The translations under genes were made by a program, and so were the position numbers. From positions 68,604,423 to 68,624,422 of the forward strand of contig NC_057718.1 of assembly GCF_004010195.1 (NCBI RefSeq): a stretch of 20,000 bases of DNA. Reading direction: 5' to 3'. Positions 1 through 10,382 of the stretch are shown piece after piece; the stretch's first letter is position 1; each line of letters begins with the position of its first letter. The stretch comes from Chiloscyllium plagiosum. Its lineage: Eukaryota. The notes beneath the pieces were generated by a model. It saw nothing but the letters and a program-made list of their open reading frames with translations, did no database searches and was not told the origin of the DNA.

Positions 1-527
1 ATAGTCAACTATTACATGCATTGTTAGCCACTAACAGTTCCCATTAATAGTTACTAACCCTTCTAACCGGATCTTTATCCATCCCTTTACCTGTCCAACT
101 GTTCTCTCCACTCATTTGGCTCTATCCCCACCTATTGTTTACTCCATAGTCCCTCTCCTCTGACCCTATCTTCTGCATAAAAACTGACATTTTCCTTGCT
201 ATGTGAAAGTGAGTATTGCAGATGCTGGAGATTAGAGTCGAGAGTGTGGTGCTGGAAAAGCACAGCAGGTCAGGCAGCATCTGAGCAGTAAAATCAACAT
301 TTCAGCCAAAATCCCTTCATCAGGATTCATCTGCCCGACGTGCTGTGCTTTTCCAACACCACGCTCTTGACTTATTTTCCTAGCTACCACCAGTTCTGAA
401 AAATGGTCACTCGACCTGAAATGTTAACTCTGATTTTTCTCCACAGATGCTGCCAGGCCTTCTGAGCTTTTCCAGCAATTTCTGTTCTGCTTTCTGAATT
501 ACAGCATCGTCAGTTTTTTTCAGTTTT
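1..527 (+). mobile_element. 3' terminal (pLTR) fragment of a Penelope-like element, interrupted by a hairpin insertion at 202-373
   Basis: Degenerate hammerhead core ctgaaaa..ggtcactcgacctgaaatgttaac (~395-428), followed by a gatgctgcc..ctgagcttttccagca..cagcatc tail similar to the other PLE termini in this window. Confidence 0.65.
202..373. mobile_element. Short palindromic PLE-derived insertion (copy 1) with 13-bp TSD
   Basis: Arm agtcgagagtgtggtgctggaaaagcacagca pairs with tgctgtgcttttccaacaccacgctcttgact; flanks are attttccttgcta (189-201) and attttcctagcta (374-386). Confidence 0.85.
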
Positions 528-719
528 AATCTTATACATTGTCTGTTCAACACCAATGTCAACGCTAATGTAACCTCCACTGCAACAACTGCATCATTTA
601 ACTATCTGCTTTATACTTGTTTTCTTTTAACGTTTATCATTTTGGACACACTACTTATTTCTAATCTGAGGATGAGTATTGCATTACTGATTTATTTTAT
701 CTTTAGTAGTTAACAAATT

Positions 720-990
720 GGAATTGGGGGACACAACTTTAAAATAAGAGGTCTTACTATTAAGACAGATGAGGATTTGTTTTCTCAAATGGTTGTTAAT
801 CTGTGGAATTCTCTTGCCTTGTAAACTGAGAAAGCTGGGTCATTGAATTGATTCATCATTGAGTTAGATTTTTGCACCATAAGGACATCAACATTTATGG
901 CAGAGGTCGGAGAAGAGGAGGCAGACAGGAAGGTGGGGTTGAGACCACAATCTTATTAAATGATGTAATAAATTTGAAGGATCAAATGTA
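720..990 (+). mobile_element. Old CR1 LINE 3' end fragment
   Basis: Degenerate GHNFKIRG...FSQMVVNLWNSL motif typical of the CR1 ORF2 C-terminus, followed by 3'UTR-like sequence. Confidence 0.7.
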
Positions 991-1159
991 AACAGTATTA
1001 CATCATACACAATTTTGAGGGTGTGGTGATTACCTGAAGGCATTAAGTAAGATCCTAAGAACATAAGAACGTACGAACTAGGAGCAGGAGTAGGCTGTCT
1101 AGCTCTTCGAACCTGCTCCGCCATTCAATAAGATCATTGTTGATCTTGGGTATGCAGAA

Positions 1160-4100
1160 CCACTTACCCACACTCTCACTGTATCCCTTAATTCTTTTAT
1201 TGATCAAAAAAATGGACATTAACTTTAAAATCATTTACTGAAGTAGTGTCAACAACTTCACTGGGCAAGGAATTCCATAGATTAACAACCCTCTGGGTAA
1301 AGAAATTCCTTCTCGATTCAGCTCTAAATCAGTGGGGTGGCATGGTGATTAGCACTGCTGCCTCACAATGCCAGAGACCCAGGTTCAATTCCCGTCTCAG
1401 GCAACTGTCTGTGTGGAGTTTGCACATTTTCCTCGTGTCTGCGTGGGTTTCCTCCAGGTGCTCCGGTTTCCTCCCACGGTCCAAAGATGTGCAGGTTAGG
1501 TGAACTGGCCGTGCTAAATTGCCCGTAGTGTTAGGTGAAGGGGCAAATGTAGTGGAATAGGTTTGGGTGGGTTGCTCTTCGGATGGTTGGTGTGGACTTG
1601 TAGGGCTGAAGGGCCTGTTTCCACACTGTGAGTAATTTAATCTTAAGGCAATGCCCTTTTGTCCAATTGAAACATCCTCTCTACTTCTATCTTATCTATT
1701 CCCTTCATAATTTTATATGTTTCTGTAAGATTTCCCCTCATTCTTCTGAATTCCAATGAACATAATCGTAGTCTACTCAGTGTCTCCTCATAGGCCAACC
1801 TCTTCAACTCCAGAATCAACCTAGTGAACCTCCTCTTCACACCCTCCAGTGCCAGTACATCCTTTCTCAAGTAAGGAGACCAAAACTGTACACAGCACTC
1901 CAGGTGTGGCCTCACCAGCACTTTGTACGGCTGCAACATAACCTCTCTGCTTTTAAACTCAATCCCTTAGCAATGAAGGACAAAATCTCACTTGTCTTCC
2001 TAACTACTTGTTGTGCCTACAGACCAAACGTCCGTGATTCATGTACCAGGACATCCAGATCCCTCTGCGTAGCAGCATGCTGCAACTTTTTACCATTTAA
2101 ATAATAATCCTTTTTACTATTAACAAATGGATGACTTCACATTTATTAACATTGTATTCCATCTGCCAGACCTTTGCCCATTCATTCAATGTATCTATGT
2201 TCCTCTGCAAAGTTTCACAGTCCTTTGCACACTTTGCTCAGCCACTCAACTTAGTGTCATTTGCAAACTTCAACACCCTACATGTGGTCCCCAACTCCAA
2301 ATCATCTATATAAATTATCAATAATTGCAGTCCCAACACCTGATCCCTGAGGCACAACACTAGTCCCTTATTGCTAACCAAAATAGCACTCATTTATCCC
2401 CACTCTTTGCTTCCTGTTAGTCAACCAATCCTCTATCCATGCTAATACTTTATCCGCAATGCCATGCATCCTTTACCTTATGCATCAATCTCCTTTGCAG
2501 CACCTTCTCAAAGGCCCTTTGGTAATCTAGGTGCACCACATCCACTGGGTCCGTTGTCTACTTTGATTGTAATGTCTTCATAGAATTCCACAAGATTTGT
2601 TAAAGATGATCTGCCCTTCATGAACCCATGCTGTGCCTGCCCAACGGGACAATTTCTATTGAGATGCCCTGCTATTTCTTCCTTAATAATAGATTCAAGC
2701 ATCTTCCCCACTACAGTCATTAAGCTAACCAGTCTATAATTCCCCATCTTTTGTCTACCTCCCTTTTTAAACAGCGGCATCACATTTGCTGTTTTCCAAT
2801 CCGCCGGGACATCCCCAGAATCCAGCGAATTTTGGAAAATTACCGCCAGTGCACTTGTTATTTCTCCCGCCATCTCTTTTAGTACCCTGGGATGCATTCC
2901 ATCAGGCCAGGAGACTTATCTATCCTCAGCTCCATTAGCTTTCCCAACACTACCTCTTCTACAAGAATGATTGTTTCCAGGTCCTCACCTACCTTTGTCT
3001 CTTTGTCAATTACTGACATGTTATTAGTGTCCTCCACTGTGAAGACCGATAGAAAATATCTGTTCAATGCCTTGGCCATTTCATCACATTCCATAAATAA
3101 ATGCCCCTTCTCATCCTCTAAAGGATCAACGTTTACTTGAGCAACTCTTTTTCATTTTATATATTTATAAAAACGTTTGCTATTTGTCTTTATATTCTAT
3201 GCTAGGTTTTCTCATGTCGTATCTTACTTTTCTTTATAGCTCTTTTTCTGGTTTTCTGTTGACCTTTAAAGTTTTCCCAATCTTCTAGTTTCATGCTGTT
3301 TTGGCCACCTTGTATGCCTTCTCTTTCAATTTGATAGCTTCCCTTATTTCCTTAGATACCCATGGCAGATTGCCCCTTTTCTTACAGTCCTTCCTTTTCA
3401 CTGGAATATATTTTTGCTGAGCACTTTGAAAAATTGCTTTGAAAGTCCTCCACTGCTTGCCAACTGTCCCACCATGAAATCTTTGTTTCCAGTCGACTTT
3501 AGCCAAGTCCTCCCTCATTCTATTGTAGTCTCTCTTATGTAAGCACAGGACCCTGGTATTGGTTTTTATCTTCACACTCACCTTGTGTGTTCTAAATTCA
3601 ACCATACTGTGATCACTCCTTCCAAGAGGAACCGTAAATATAAGGTCATTAATTATTCCTGTCTCGTTACACAGGACCAGATCTAGGATAGCTTGCTCTC
3701 TCATTGGTTCCATTACATACTGTTCAAGAAAACTATCACGGATACACTTAATGAACTCCTCCTCAAGGCTACCCTGACCGAGCTGGTTCAACTAATCTAC
3801 ATGTAGATTAAAATCCCCTATACTAATTCCCGTACCATTTTTACACACATTAGTTATTTCTTTGTATATTGCCTGCCCCAATGTTACGTTATCATTTGGT
3901 GGCCTATAGATCACACGTATCAGAGATTCTTTTCTTCTTAGAATTTCTGATTTCCACCAAATGGATTCAACCTTATTCTCCATAGAACCTATATCATCTC
4001 TCAGCACTGTCCTGATGTCGTCCTTGAATATCAGAGCTCCACCACCTCCCTTACTTTCCTGCCTGTCCTTCTGAATAGTCTGATACCCCTGGATAATTTC

Positions 4101-4235
4101 TCCCAGTCATGACCATCTTGTAACCATATTGCCGTAATGGCTACCAAATCATATTCATTCGCAATGATTTGTGCCGTTAATTCATCAACCTTGTTACAAA
4201 TGCTATGATGCATTTAGGTAAAGTGCCTTTTTGCT
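1160..4235 (-). pseudogene. CR1 ORF2 (apurinic endonuclease + reverse transcriptase), many stops and frameshifts
   Basis: ORF fragments SICNKVDEL..DLVAIT, VIYRPPN..IGDFN, ILDLVLCN..GRSDH, PADWKTANVMPLFKKG..NYRLVSL..QHGFMKGRS, IYIDDL..KFANDTKL, YKVLVRPHLECCVQFWSP. Confidence 0.92.
1333..1643 (+). mobile_element. HE1-type tRNA-derived shark SINE inserted into the CR1 3' region
   Basis: tRNA-like head with B box ggttcaattccc (~1382-1393) and a partly deleted A box; body gtgtggagtttgcac..tgcgtgggtttcctcc; LINE-derived tail gaagggcctgtttccacactgt..taatct. Confidence 0.92.
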
Positions 4236-4412
4236 AGCTTTCTTACCCTCATGACTTCCAACATCCCTAATAATATCTCCTGAGTTATCATTCCTTTTTA
4301 CTTCTTTCATAATCTGTCTTGAACTTAAACTCTCCTGCACATGCCAACCTGCTGCTTACCAATTTATTTACCATCATACTTCCTGTTGTTTTCGCTTTCA
4401 CTCTCCCGACTC

Positions 4413-5345
4413 ACTAGTTTAAAGTTCTAGTAACCACTTTTCGCTAGAACACTGGTTCCAGATCAGTTCAGGTGGAGACTGTCTCATTGGTACATGATCC
4501 CCCCCATCTCCGGTTCCAAAATGTTTCCAATGCCCCATGAAATAGAACCCCTCTTTCCCACACCACTCGCTTAGCCACATGTTTATTTCCCTTCTTTTTT
4601 ATCACTAAGTCAATTTGCACGTGGCTCGAGCAGTAATCTGAAAATTATGACCCTCAAAGACCTGTTCCTTAATTTTCTTCCTAGTGCTTGAAACTCCCCA
4701 AACAGGTCCTCCATCCTATCCTTGCCTATGTTGTTAGTCCCAATGTGGACTACAACAACTGGATCCTCCTCCTCCCGCTCCAATATCCTTTCAAGCCAGT
4801 CAGAGATGTCCTGCACCCTGACACCATGTGGGACTCTAATCTGGCTTGCAAAGGATACTATCTATCCTCTAATTATAGAATCCCCTATAACTACCACGTG
4901 TCATTTTGCTCCCCCCTCTTGAATGGCCTTCTGTACCATGATGCCGTGGTCAGCTGGCTCATTCTCCCCAAACCCCTTTCCCTCATCCATACAGGGAGCA
5001 AACATCTCATACCTGTTGGATAAGGTCAAAAGCTGAGGCTCCTCCATTTCTGAACTCAGGATCCCCCTACCTGCTTCACTTGCAATCACACCCTGTTGTC
5101 CCTGGTCATTAACTGAATTTGAATTACTTAATCTACCAGGTGTGATTGCCTCCTGAAACAAAGTGTCCAGGTAACTCTCCCCCTTTGGATGTGCCCCAGT
5201 GTTTGAAGCTCAGATTCAAGATCATCAGCTCTGAGCCAGAGTTCCTCCAGCAACCAACACTTGCTGCAAATATGGTCACTGCTGTTCACAATGGGATCTG
5301 CCAGGACTCACATCATATAGCTACAGCCTATCACCTGCCCAGCTA
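4413..5345 (-). pseudogene. CR1 ORF1 (N-terminal zinc finger/leucine zipper + SGNH/GDSL esterase), disrupted
   Basis: Minus-strand translation gives GQVIGCS..HICSKCWLLEELWLRADDLESELQTL, then VVVIGDSII (~4871-4900), VVVHIGTNNIG and DSLH (~4472-4483). Confidence 0.85.
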
Positions 5346-5464
5346 TTTATACTTAGTTAATTATGGTAATATGTTATATAAATTTATGAGCTAAACAATT
5401 TCTAATACTTCTCTGCTATGGTATTTTTCAAAGTTTTTTAAACAAAATTATATTGTCTTCTGTC

Positions 5465-7493
5465 AATAGATGTGAAGCTGGAAGAACACAGCAGATCAGG
5501 CAGCATCCGACAAGCAGGAAAGTGAACGTTTCTGGCTGAAACCCTTTGTCAGCTGTGGGGAGGGCAGCCCAGAAGCAAATAGAGGGAGGTGGGTAGGACT
5601 GGGGTAGAAAGGGTGAAAGGGCAGGATCATGATAGGTGGATGCAGTTAGGCGGTGATTGTGATTGGTCAGTAGGGTGGAGAAGATAGGAGAAAGTGAGGA
5701 CTGGAGGTCAGAGTTAAGAGTGTGGTGCTGGAAATGCACAGCTGGTCAGGCAGCATCGAAGGAGCAGGATAATTGCTTTTCAGGCATAAGCCTTTCATCA
5801 GGAATGGGACTTGTGGGCTAAGGGGCCGAGAGATAAATGGGAGGAAGGTGGAGCTGGGTGGAAGGTAAGTGAGAATGTGATAGGTAGATGAAAGTGGGGG
5901 TGAAGGTGATAGGTTGGAAGGAAGATGGACAAGTAGGTCAGGTCAAGAGGGCGGTGCTGAGTTGGAAGGCTGAATCTGGGATAATGGTGGGGGGGGAAAT
6001 GAGGAAACTGATGAAATCCACATTGATCCCATGTGGTTGGAGGGTCCCAAGGTGGAAGATTAGGCGTTCTTCCTCCAGGCAGCTGGTAAGGGTTTGGTGA
6101 TAGAGGAGGTTCAGGACCTGCATGTCCTTGGGGAAGTGGATTTAAAGCGTTCGGCCACGGGGCAGTGGGTTGCTTTGTACGTGTGTCTTGAAGATGTTCT
6201 CTGAACTGTTCCACAAGTAGGCATCCTGTCTCCCAAATATAGACGAGACTGCATCAGGAGCAACAAATACAGTAAATGATGTGTGTGGAAGCGCAGATAA
6301 ATCTCTGACTGATGTGGAAGGCTCCTTTGGGGCCTTGGACAGAGGTGAGGGGAGAGGTGTGGTGCAGGTTTTGCAATCCTTGCGGTGCTAGGGGAATGCG
6401 AGTTGGTGGGGGGTGTGTACCTGACAAGAGAGTCACAGAGGGAATGGTCTTTATGGAATGCAGATGAAGTGGGAAGGAAATATATCACTGGTGGTGGGGT
6501 CTGTTTGTAGGTGGCGGAAATGGCGGAGGATGATATCCAAAGGTTGGTGGGGTGCAAGGTGACGAAGGGGGTTTCTGTCCTTGTTGTGGTTGGAGGGCTG
6601 GGATTTGAGGGCTGAGGTGCAAGAGGTAGGTGAGATGTGCTGGAGGGCATCATCAACCACATGGAAAGGGAAATTGTGGTCTTTGAAGGAGGCTACCTGG
6701 TATGTTCTGTGGTGTAATTGGTCGTCCTGGGATCAGATGCGGCGGGGTTGCAGGAATTGGGAATAAGGGATAGCGTTTTACAGGAGGCAGGGTGAGGAGT
6801 AGTAGTCCAGGTAGCTGTGGGAGTCGGTGGGTTTGTAAAAGGTGTCCATGTTGAGTTGGTCACCGTTGATGGAGAGGTCCAGGAAGGGGAGGGAGGTGTC
6901 TGAGATGGTCCAGGTGAACTTAAGGTCAGGTTGGAATGTGTTAGTGAAGTTGAAGTTAGTCAATTTCCTCATGGGAGCACGAGGTGGCACCAGTACAGTC
7001 ATCAATGTAGCGGAGGAAAAGGTGGGGAATGATGCCAGTGTAGCTGCAGATAAGTGGAGCGGATAGGTGAGTAGGCAGACAGACAGGTTACGGAGGTGAG
7101 GGGGAGGGGTAGGGCTAGACATGGGATAAGGCTGGGGAAGGAGGGACTTTGAAGCTGGTGAAGTCGAATGTTTAGGCCATTGGGCTGTAAGCTTCCCAGG
7201 TGAAATATAAGATGTTGTTTGTCCAGTTTCTGTTTGGCCCCACTGACAGTGGAGGAAACCAAGGAAGGACTTGTTGCTGAGAGAATGGGAACTAAAGCCT
7301 TCTCCATTGTCAAGAGTGAGGTCAAATGGAGGAACAACACTTACAGTCCAATGGCTTCAGCATCTGCTTCACCAGCTTCAAAGTCCCCCCTCCCCCCAAC
7401 CTTATCCCATGGCCCCTCCCCACCTCCTTGACCTGTTCTAACCATCTTCCTACTCACCTATTCGCTTCACCCTCCCAACTGACCAATCACATC
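5465..7493 (-). mobile_element. Outer PLE 3' fragment (5465-5688 + 7054-~7300) with an inverted copy (~7325-7493), split by an inner PLE
   Basis: pLTR with degenerate hammerhead core (5525-5550); EN C-terminus KQHLIFHLGSLQPNGLNI on the minus strand; 7340-7493 is the reverse complement of 5654-5680 joined to 7054-7192. Confidence 0.75.
5689..7053 (-). mobile_element. 5'-truncated Penelope-like element (RT C-terminal half + GIY-YIG endonuclease + pLTR), decayed
   Basis: FLRYIDDC (~6995-7020), LPFLDLSI..YKPTDSHSYLDY, IIYCICC..YIWETG, EEERLIFHLGTLQPHGIN; imperfect TSD gtggagaagatagg (5675-5688) / gtggagcggatagg (7054-7067). Confidence 0.9.
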
Positions 7494-7572
7494 AAAAAAT
7501 GTGGTGCTGGAAAAGCACAGCAGGTCAGGCAGCATCTGAGCAGCAAAAGAGTCAATAATTCGGGCATAAGGA
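7494..7572 (-). mobile_element. Partial PLE pLTR fragment
   Basis: tgtggtgctggaaaagcacagcaggtcaggcagcatc..ttcgggcataag, the same sequence as the other termini. Confidence 0.8.
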
Positions 7573-7579
7573 GTGGCGA

Positions 7580-7865
7580 TTGGAAAGCTAGCACCTCCAA
7601 ATAAATCAAGACACATCTGTCATTCTAACAGATAAGAGATTTAACAAACAATCAAGGTATTTTTCAATGTATAATTTCAGTTAGATCACACTGTAAACTT
7701 TTGCCATAAATTCTGTGTCTTACAATCGTGTACTCCACAACCACCTGATGAAGGCGCAGCGCTCCGAATGCTGGTACTTCCAATTAAACCTGTTGGACTA
7801 TAACCTAGTGTTGTGTGATTTTTAACTTTGTACACCCCAGTCCAACACCGGCATCTCCGAATCAT
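7580..7865 (+). mobile_element. 3' end of a second PLE-like family with a different hammerhead-like core
   Basis: cac-CTGATGA-aggcgcagcgctcc-GAAT-gct at 7742-7772 followed by aattaaacctgttggactataacc; 7581-7606 partially duplicates 7766-7790. Confidence 0.6.
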
Positions 7866-8830
7866 AAAATAGCGACAGGCTTAGCCTCTACCGTCGATAT
7901 CTCTCAAAGACATTCTGCTGGGGCAGCCAATTGCAAAACTTCACTGAACATTGACTTACTGCACTCTAAATAGTGTGACTTAATGCCAACATCTTGGAAT
8001 TTTAAAGTAACTTGCAACTGTAACGTTTCTTTCCTTTTTCCCCCTTTTCTTTCCGCTTCGTGTGCATTGTGAACTATTTTCTCGGCAACATTGATAAATA
8101 GTATTTTGTTTTAATTCTTAAAAAGTGTAGTATTGAATCATTTCAAATTGGACTTCACGGAGTTTGGAGAAAACACACCATTGTCTAAATGAGGACTTCT
8201 CTAATTCACATTCCCTATTACTCTATTTCTCATCCTCTTGACGAGCAGCCTGACCCAACTCCCCTTCGCTTACACCTACCCTGTCCCACCCTCACCGAAA
8301 ACTCCTTTCACCCAATTCCCCAGTGATCTCCACTCTCTGTCAGCCCGACTCTTCAATCCCAGCTATCCTTGCCACCATGACCAAACCCATCAACCGCTCC
8401 CCTCCGATCAACTGTGTATCCTGGAATTAAGTAATTAATGGGGAAATGTGTTTGTCTTGCGTTATTACGTCGTCCTTCTTAACAGTGTTTTCCTTAGTAT
8501 TTGCAGGCTCGTTTGCTTTCAAAAACACTTCAGCAGTTGCGTCGAAACGTCATGCTGACAAGTTGTGTTACGAGCCCAGCCTAATAAGGCGTATCTAAGC
8601 AAGAAACATTAAAATATAACAATTTGTTTTTGTTTTAGTAAGGCGCGCAGGATCTTCCCCCTCCCACCTCTAATTTCGGCTGTTGTGGAAACCCTGTTTT
8701 GAAGTTGTGCAAATCAGAGATTGTTGAGGTCAAAGGCCATTTTTGTATTAGTGATGTATTAAATATTCCCTGTCTGGTACAGGAGCCGGAAAAAAAATCT
8801 ACTCCGCGGGGTTAACTTCAATAAAACCGA

Positions 8831-8842
8831 GGAAGTGAAACT
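8831..8842 (+). promoter_or_regulatory. ETS:IRF composite element (EICE)-like motif
   Basis: GGAAGTGAAACT matches GGAAnnGAAA / PU.1:IRF8-type GGAAGTGAAAST; ends 24 nt upstream of the candidate ATG. Confidence 0.55.
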
Positions 8843-8865
8843 CACGCAGAGAATAAGGCGGCGGA

Positions 8866-8877
8866 ATGGCTACAAAG
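8866..8877 (+). CDS. Candidate first coding exon segment encoding M-A-T-K, phase-0 donor
   Basis: gcggcggaATGG (G at -3 and +4) within the CpG island; AAG|GTAATG donor at 8877/8878; no downstream exon identified in the window. Confidence 0.5.
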
Positions 8878-8906
8878 GTAATGAGAAATATGTCAATTCC
8901 TGGGGA

Positions 8907-9040
8907 GTTTAATGAACCGGGGCTGGTTACCGAAGCGGGGCCCGAGCCTGGGCCCTCATTGATCGAAGCTGTGGCCCGGGCCTTGGTTACTGAAGTTGTA
9001 GCTCGGGGCGGGAGGACGGTTATCGAAGCCTGGGCTCGCG
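8907..9040. repeat. Degenerate GC-rich minisatellite (27-33 bp units)
   Basis: Cores ggttaccgaagc (8925), attgatcgaagc (8958), ggttactgaagt (8985), ggttatcgaagc (9018); weaker core gtttaatgaacc (8907). Confidence 0.65.
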
Positions 9041-9495
9041 CGGCTAAAAGAGAGAGAGAGAACCTGCTCGCGCTACTCTGTGCCGTCACCTCGAGCTCCG
9101 GCCTGGTCTGGGTGTGGAGCAGCCCGCACTGGCGATCCCGGGTCCCGCTGGTTCCCGTGACCCAGACCGGCTCTTTGCTGTGCACATCCCAGTCAGACGG
9201 CAAGGTGGCTGATGTGGGCGATAAGTTTTTCAAACCGAATTTTACTATAACATTGAATCATTAGTGAATGAAATTCTGCAACACATAAGGCTCCTAAAGT
9301 TTCAAAGATAGGACTGGCGAAAAATAGCTAAGATCGTAACGAATGGCCACCTGATAGACGAGGATATTTTACTCCGTCATTTAGGCTAGCTTTGCCTAAA
9401 AAGACTAATTAGTAATTGGTGAAACCATTCGTTTCGTTGCCGAGCCTGGTATTAAGCGATTTGAAAGGGTTGGGAACTGATAACCAGTGATAATT

Positions 9496-9509
9496 GGGGG
9501 GGGGGGGGG
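9496..9509 (+). repeat. Poly-G tract (14 G)
   Basis: Direct reading. Confidence 0.9.
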
Positions 9510-10104
9510 AAGACTATTAACACTATCAACACTATCTAGTACCGTCAGTTTTAACTCTGACCATTTAAAACACACTGATTCCCGTCAGGCGGCAGAGATG
9601 TAGGATTTTGATACGATAAAGGTGCCTCACGGAAAAAAAGTTAAAAGCAGGTGACCGCGTTAAAATCTGCGATTGCTTTTGGGTGTAGTGAAATCCCCAA
9701 GAAAACTATTGTGCTGGTTTGTTCATATGACGCGTTCAGTCACGGTACTTGCAAAAAAAGTCTCATCCCATGCACGTAATATATTCAAACAATTTTATTT
9801 AAAAAAAAAGATTTGCAAACGTTCTGGGTGGTCTCTCAGAACAAGTTGTACTATTGATAGATGCATTTTGTTCTGTACAATATTCTTTAATACAGATTCA
9901 GTTGTCAACCCATAGGTAAGTTCACATGTTTTAGGGTTTTTATGGTCATAAAAGACCCCTATTTAAGTTTATTATACAATGACGACCAGCTCCTCCGTAA
10001 CATACTTTGCAATGCACTGACTGAGACAACTTGTCAAAATGCTGTGATTCAATCTGCATTCATTGCACTCGTTTTTTTAAAAGTATTTCTTCTTGAGATG
10101 TGGA

Positions 10105-10295
10105 GAAAGTGAGGACTGCAGATGCTGGAGATCAGAGCTGAATATGTGTTGCTGGAAAAGTGCAGCAGGTCAGGCAGCATCCAAGGAGCAGGAAAAGGGC
10201 TTATGCCTGAAGAAGGGCTCATTCCCGAAACGTCGATTCTCCTGTTGCTTGGATGCTGCCTGACCTGCTGCGCTTTTCCAGCAACACATTTTCAG
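10105..10295. mobile_element. Short palindromic PLE-derived insertion (copy 2) with 16-bp TSD
   Basis: Inverted arms agctgaatatgtgttgctggaaaag.. / ..cttttccagcaacacattttcagct; flanks are cttcttgagatgtgga (10089-10104) and cttcttgagttgtgga (10296-10311). Confidence 0.88.
10205..10239 (+). ncRNA. Minimal hammerhead ribozyme-like motif
   Basis: CTGAAGA-a-gggctcattccc-GAAAC-GTC-gatt. Confidence 0.6.
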
Positions 10296-10382
10296 CTTCT
10301 TGAGTTGTGGACAACTCTGGTTAGGTCTAACTTATTGCTGATTTTTGACTGCATTGAGCAGATTACTGTATCGTGTAGAACT

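Larger units (their letters stand above)
1057..5430 (-). mobile_element. Near full-length decayed CR1-clade LINE
   Basis: 3' tail remnant taagaacataagaac at ~1057; collinear ORF2 (APE, RT, C-terminal WNSLP) and ORF1 (zinc finger/leucine zipper, esterase) fragments on the minus strand. Confidence 0.93.
8440..9750. promoter_or_regulatory. CpG-island-like promoter region (core ~8780-9240)
   Basis: Visibly dense CpG (ccgcgg, gcgcgc, ctcgcgcgg, cccggg) in an otherwise CpG-depleted window; it lies in the only ~2.2 kb stretch with no recognisable TE. Confidence 0.75.

Noticed and set aside
202..373. Class II MITE interpretation of the hairpin elements
   Set aside because: Arms match PLE retroelement termini elsewhere in the window, ends are asymmetric, and TSD length varies (12-16 bp), unlike DDE transposons
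8540..8560. gaaacgtc resembling a hammerhead 3' half
   Set aside because: No CTGAnGA core or stem II upstream
8907..9040. CRISPR-like repeat-spacer array
   Set aside because: Cores are only ~12 bp and degenerate, spacers resemble each other, the context is eukaryotic and there are no cas genes
8799..9233. 144-aa minus-strand ORF
   Set aside because: Starts at a non-ATG codon, has low-complexity Ser/Ala/Thr content, and is the mirror of the GC-rich repeat
8866..9264. 132-aa plus-strand ORF as a complete single-exon gene
   Set aside because: No recognisable domain, it crosses an AG microsatellite, a good splice donor follows codon 4, and GC-rich islands produce stop-poor frames
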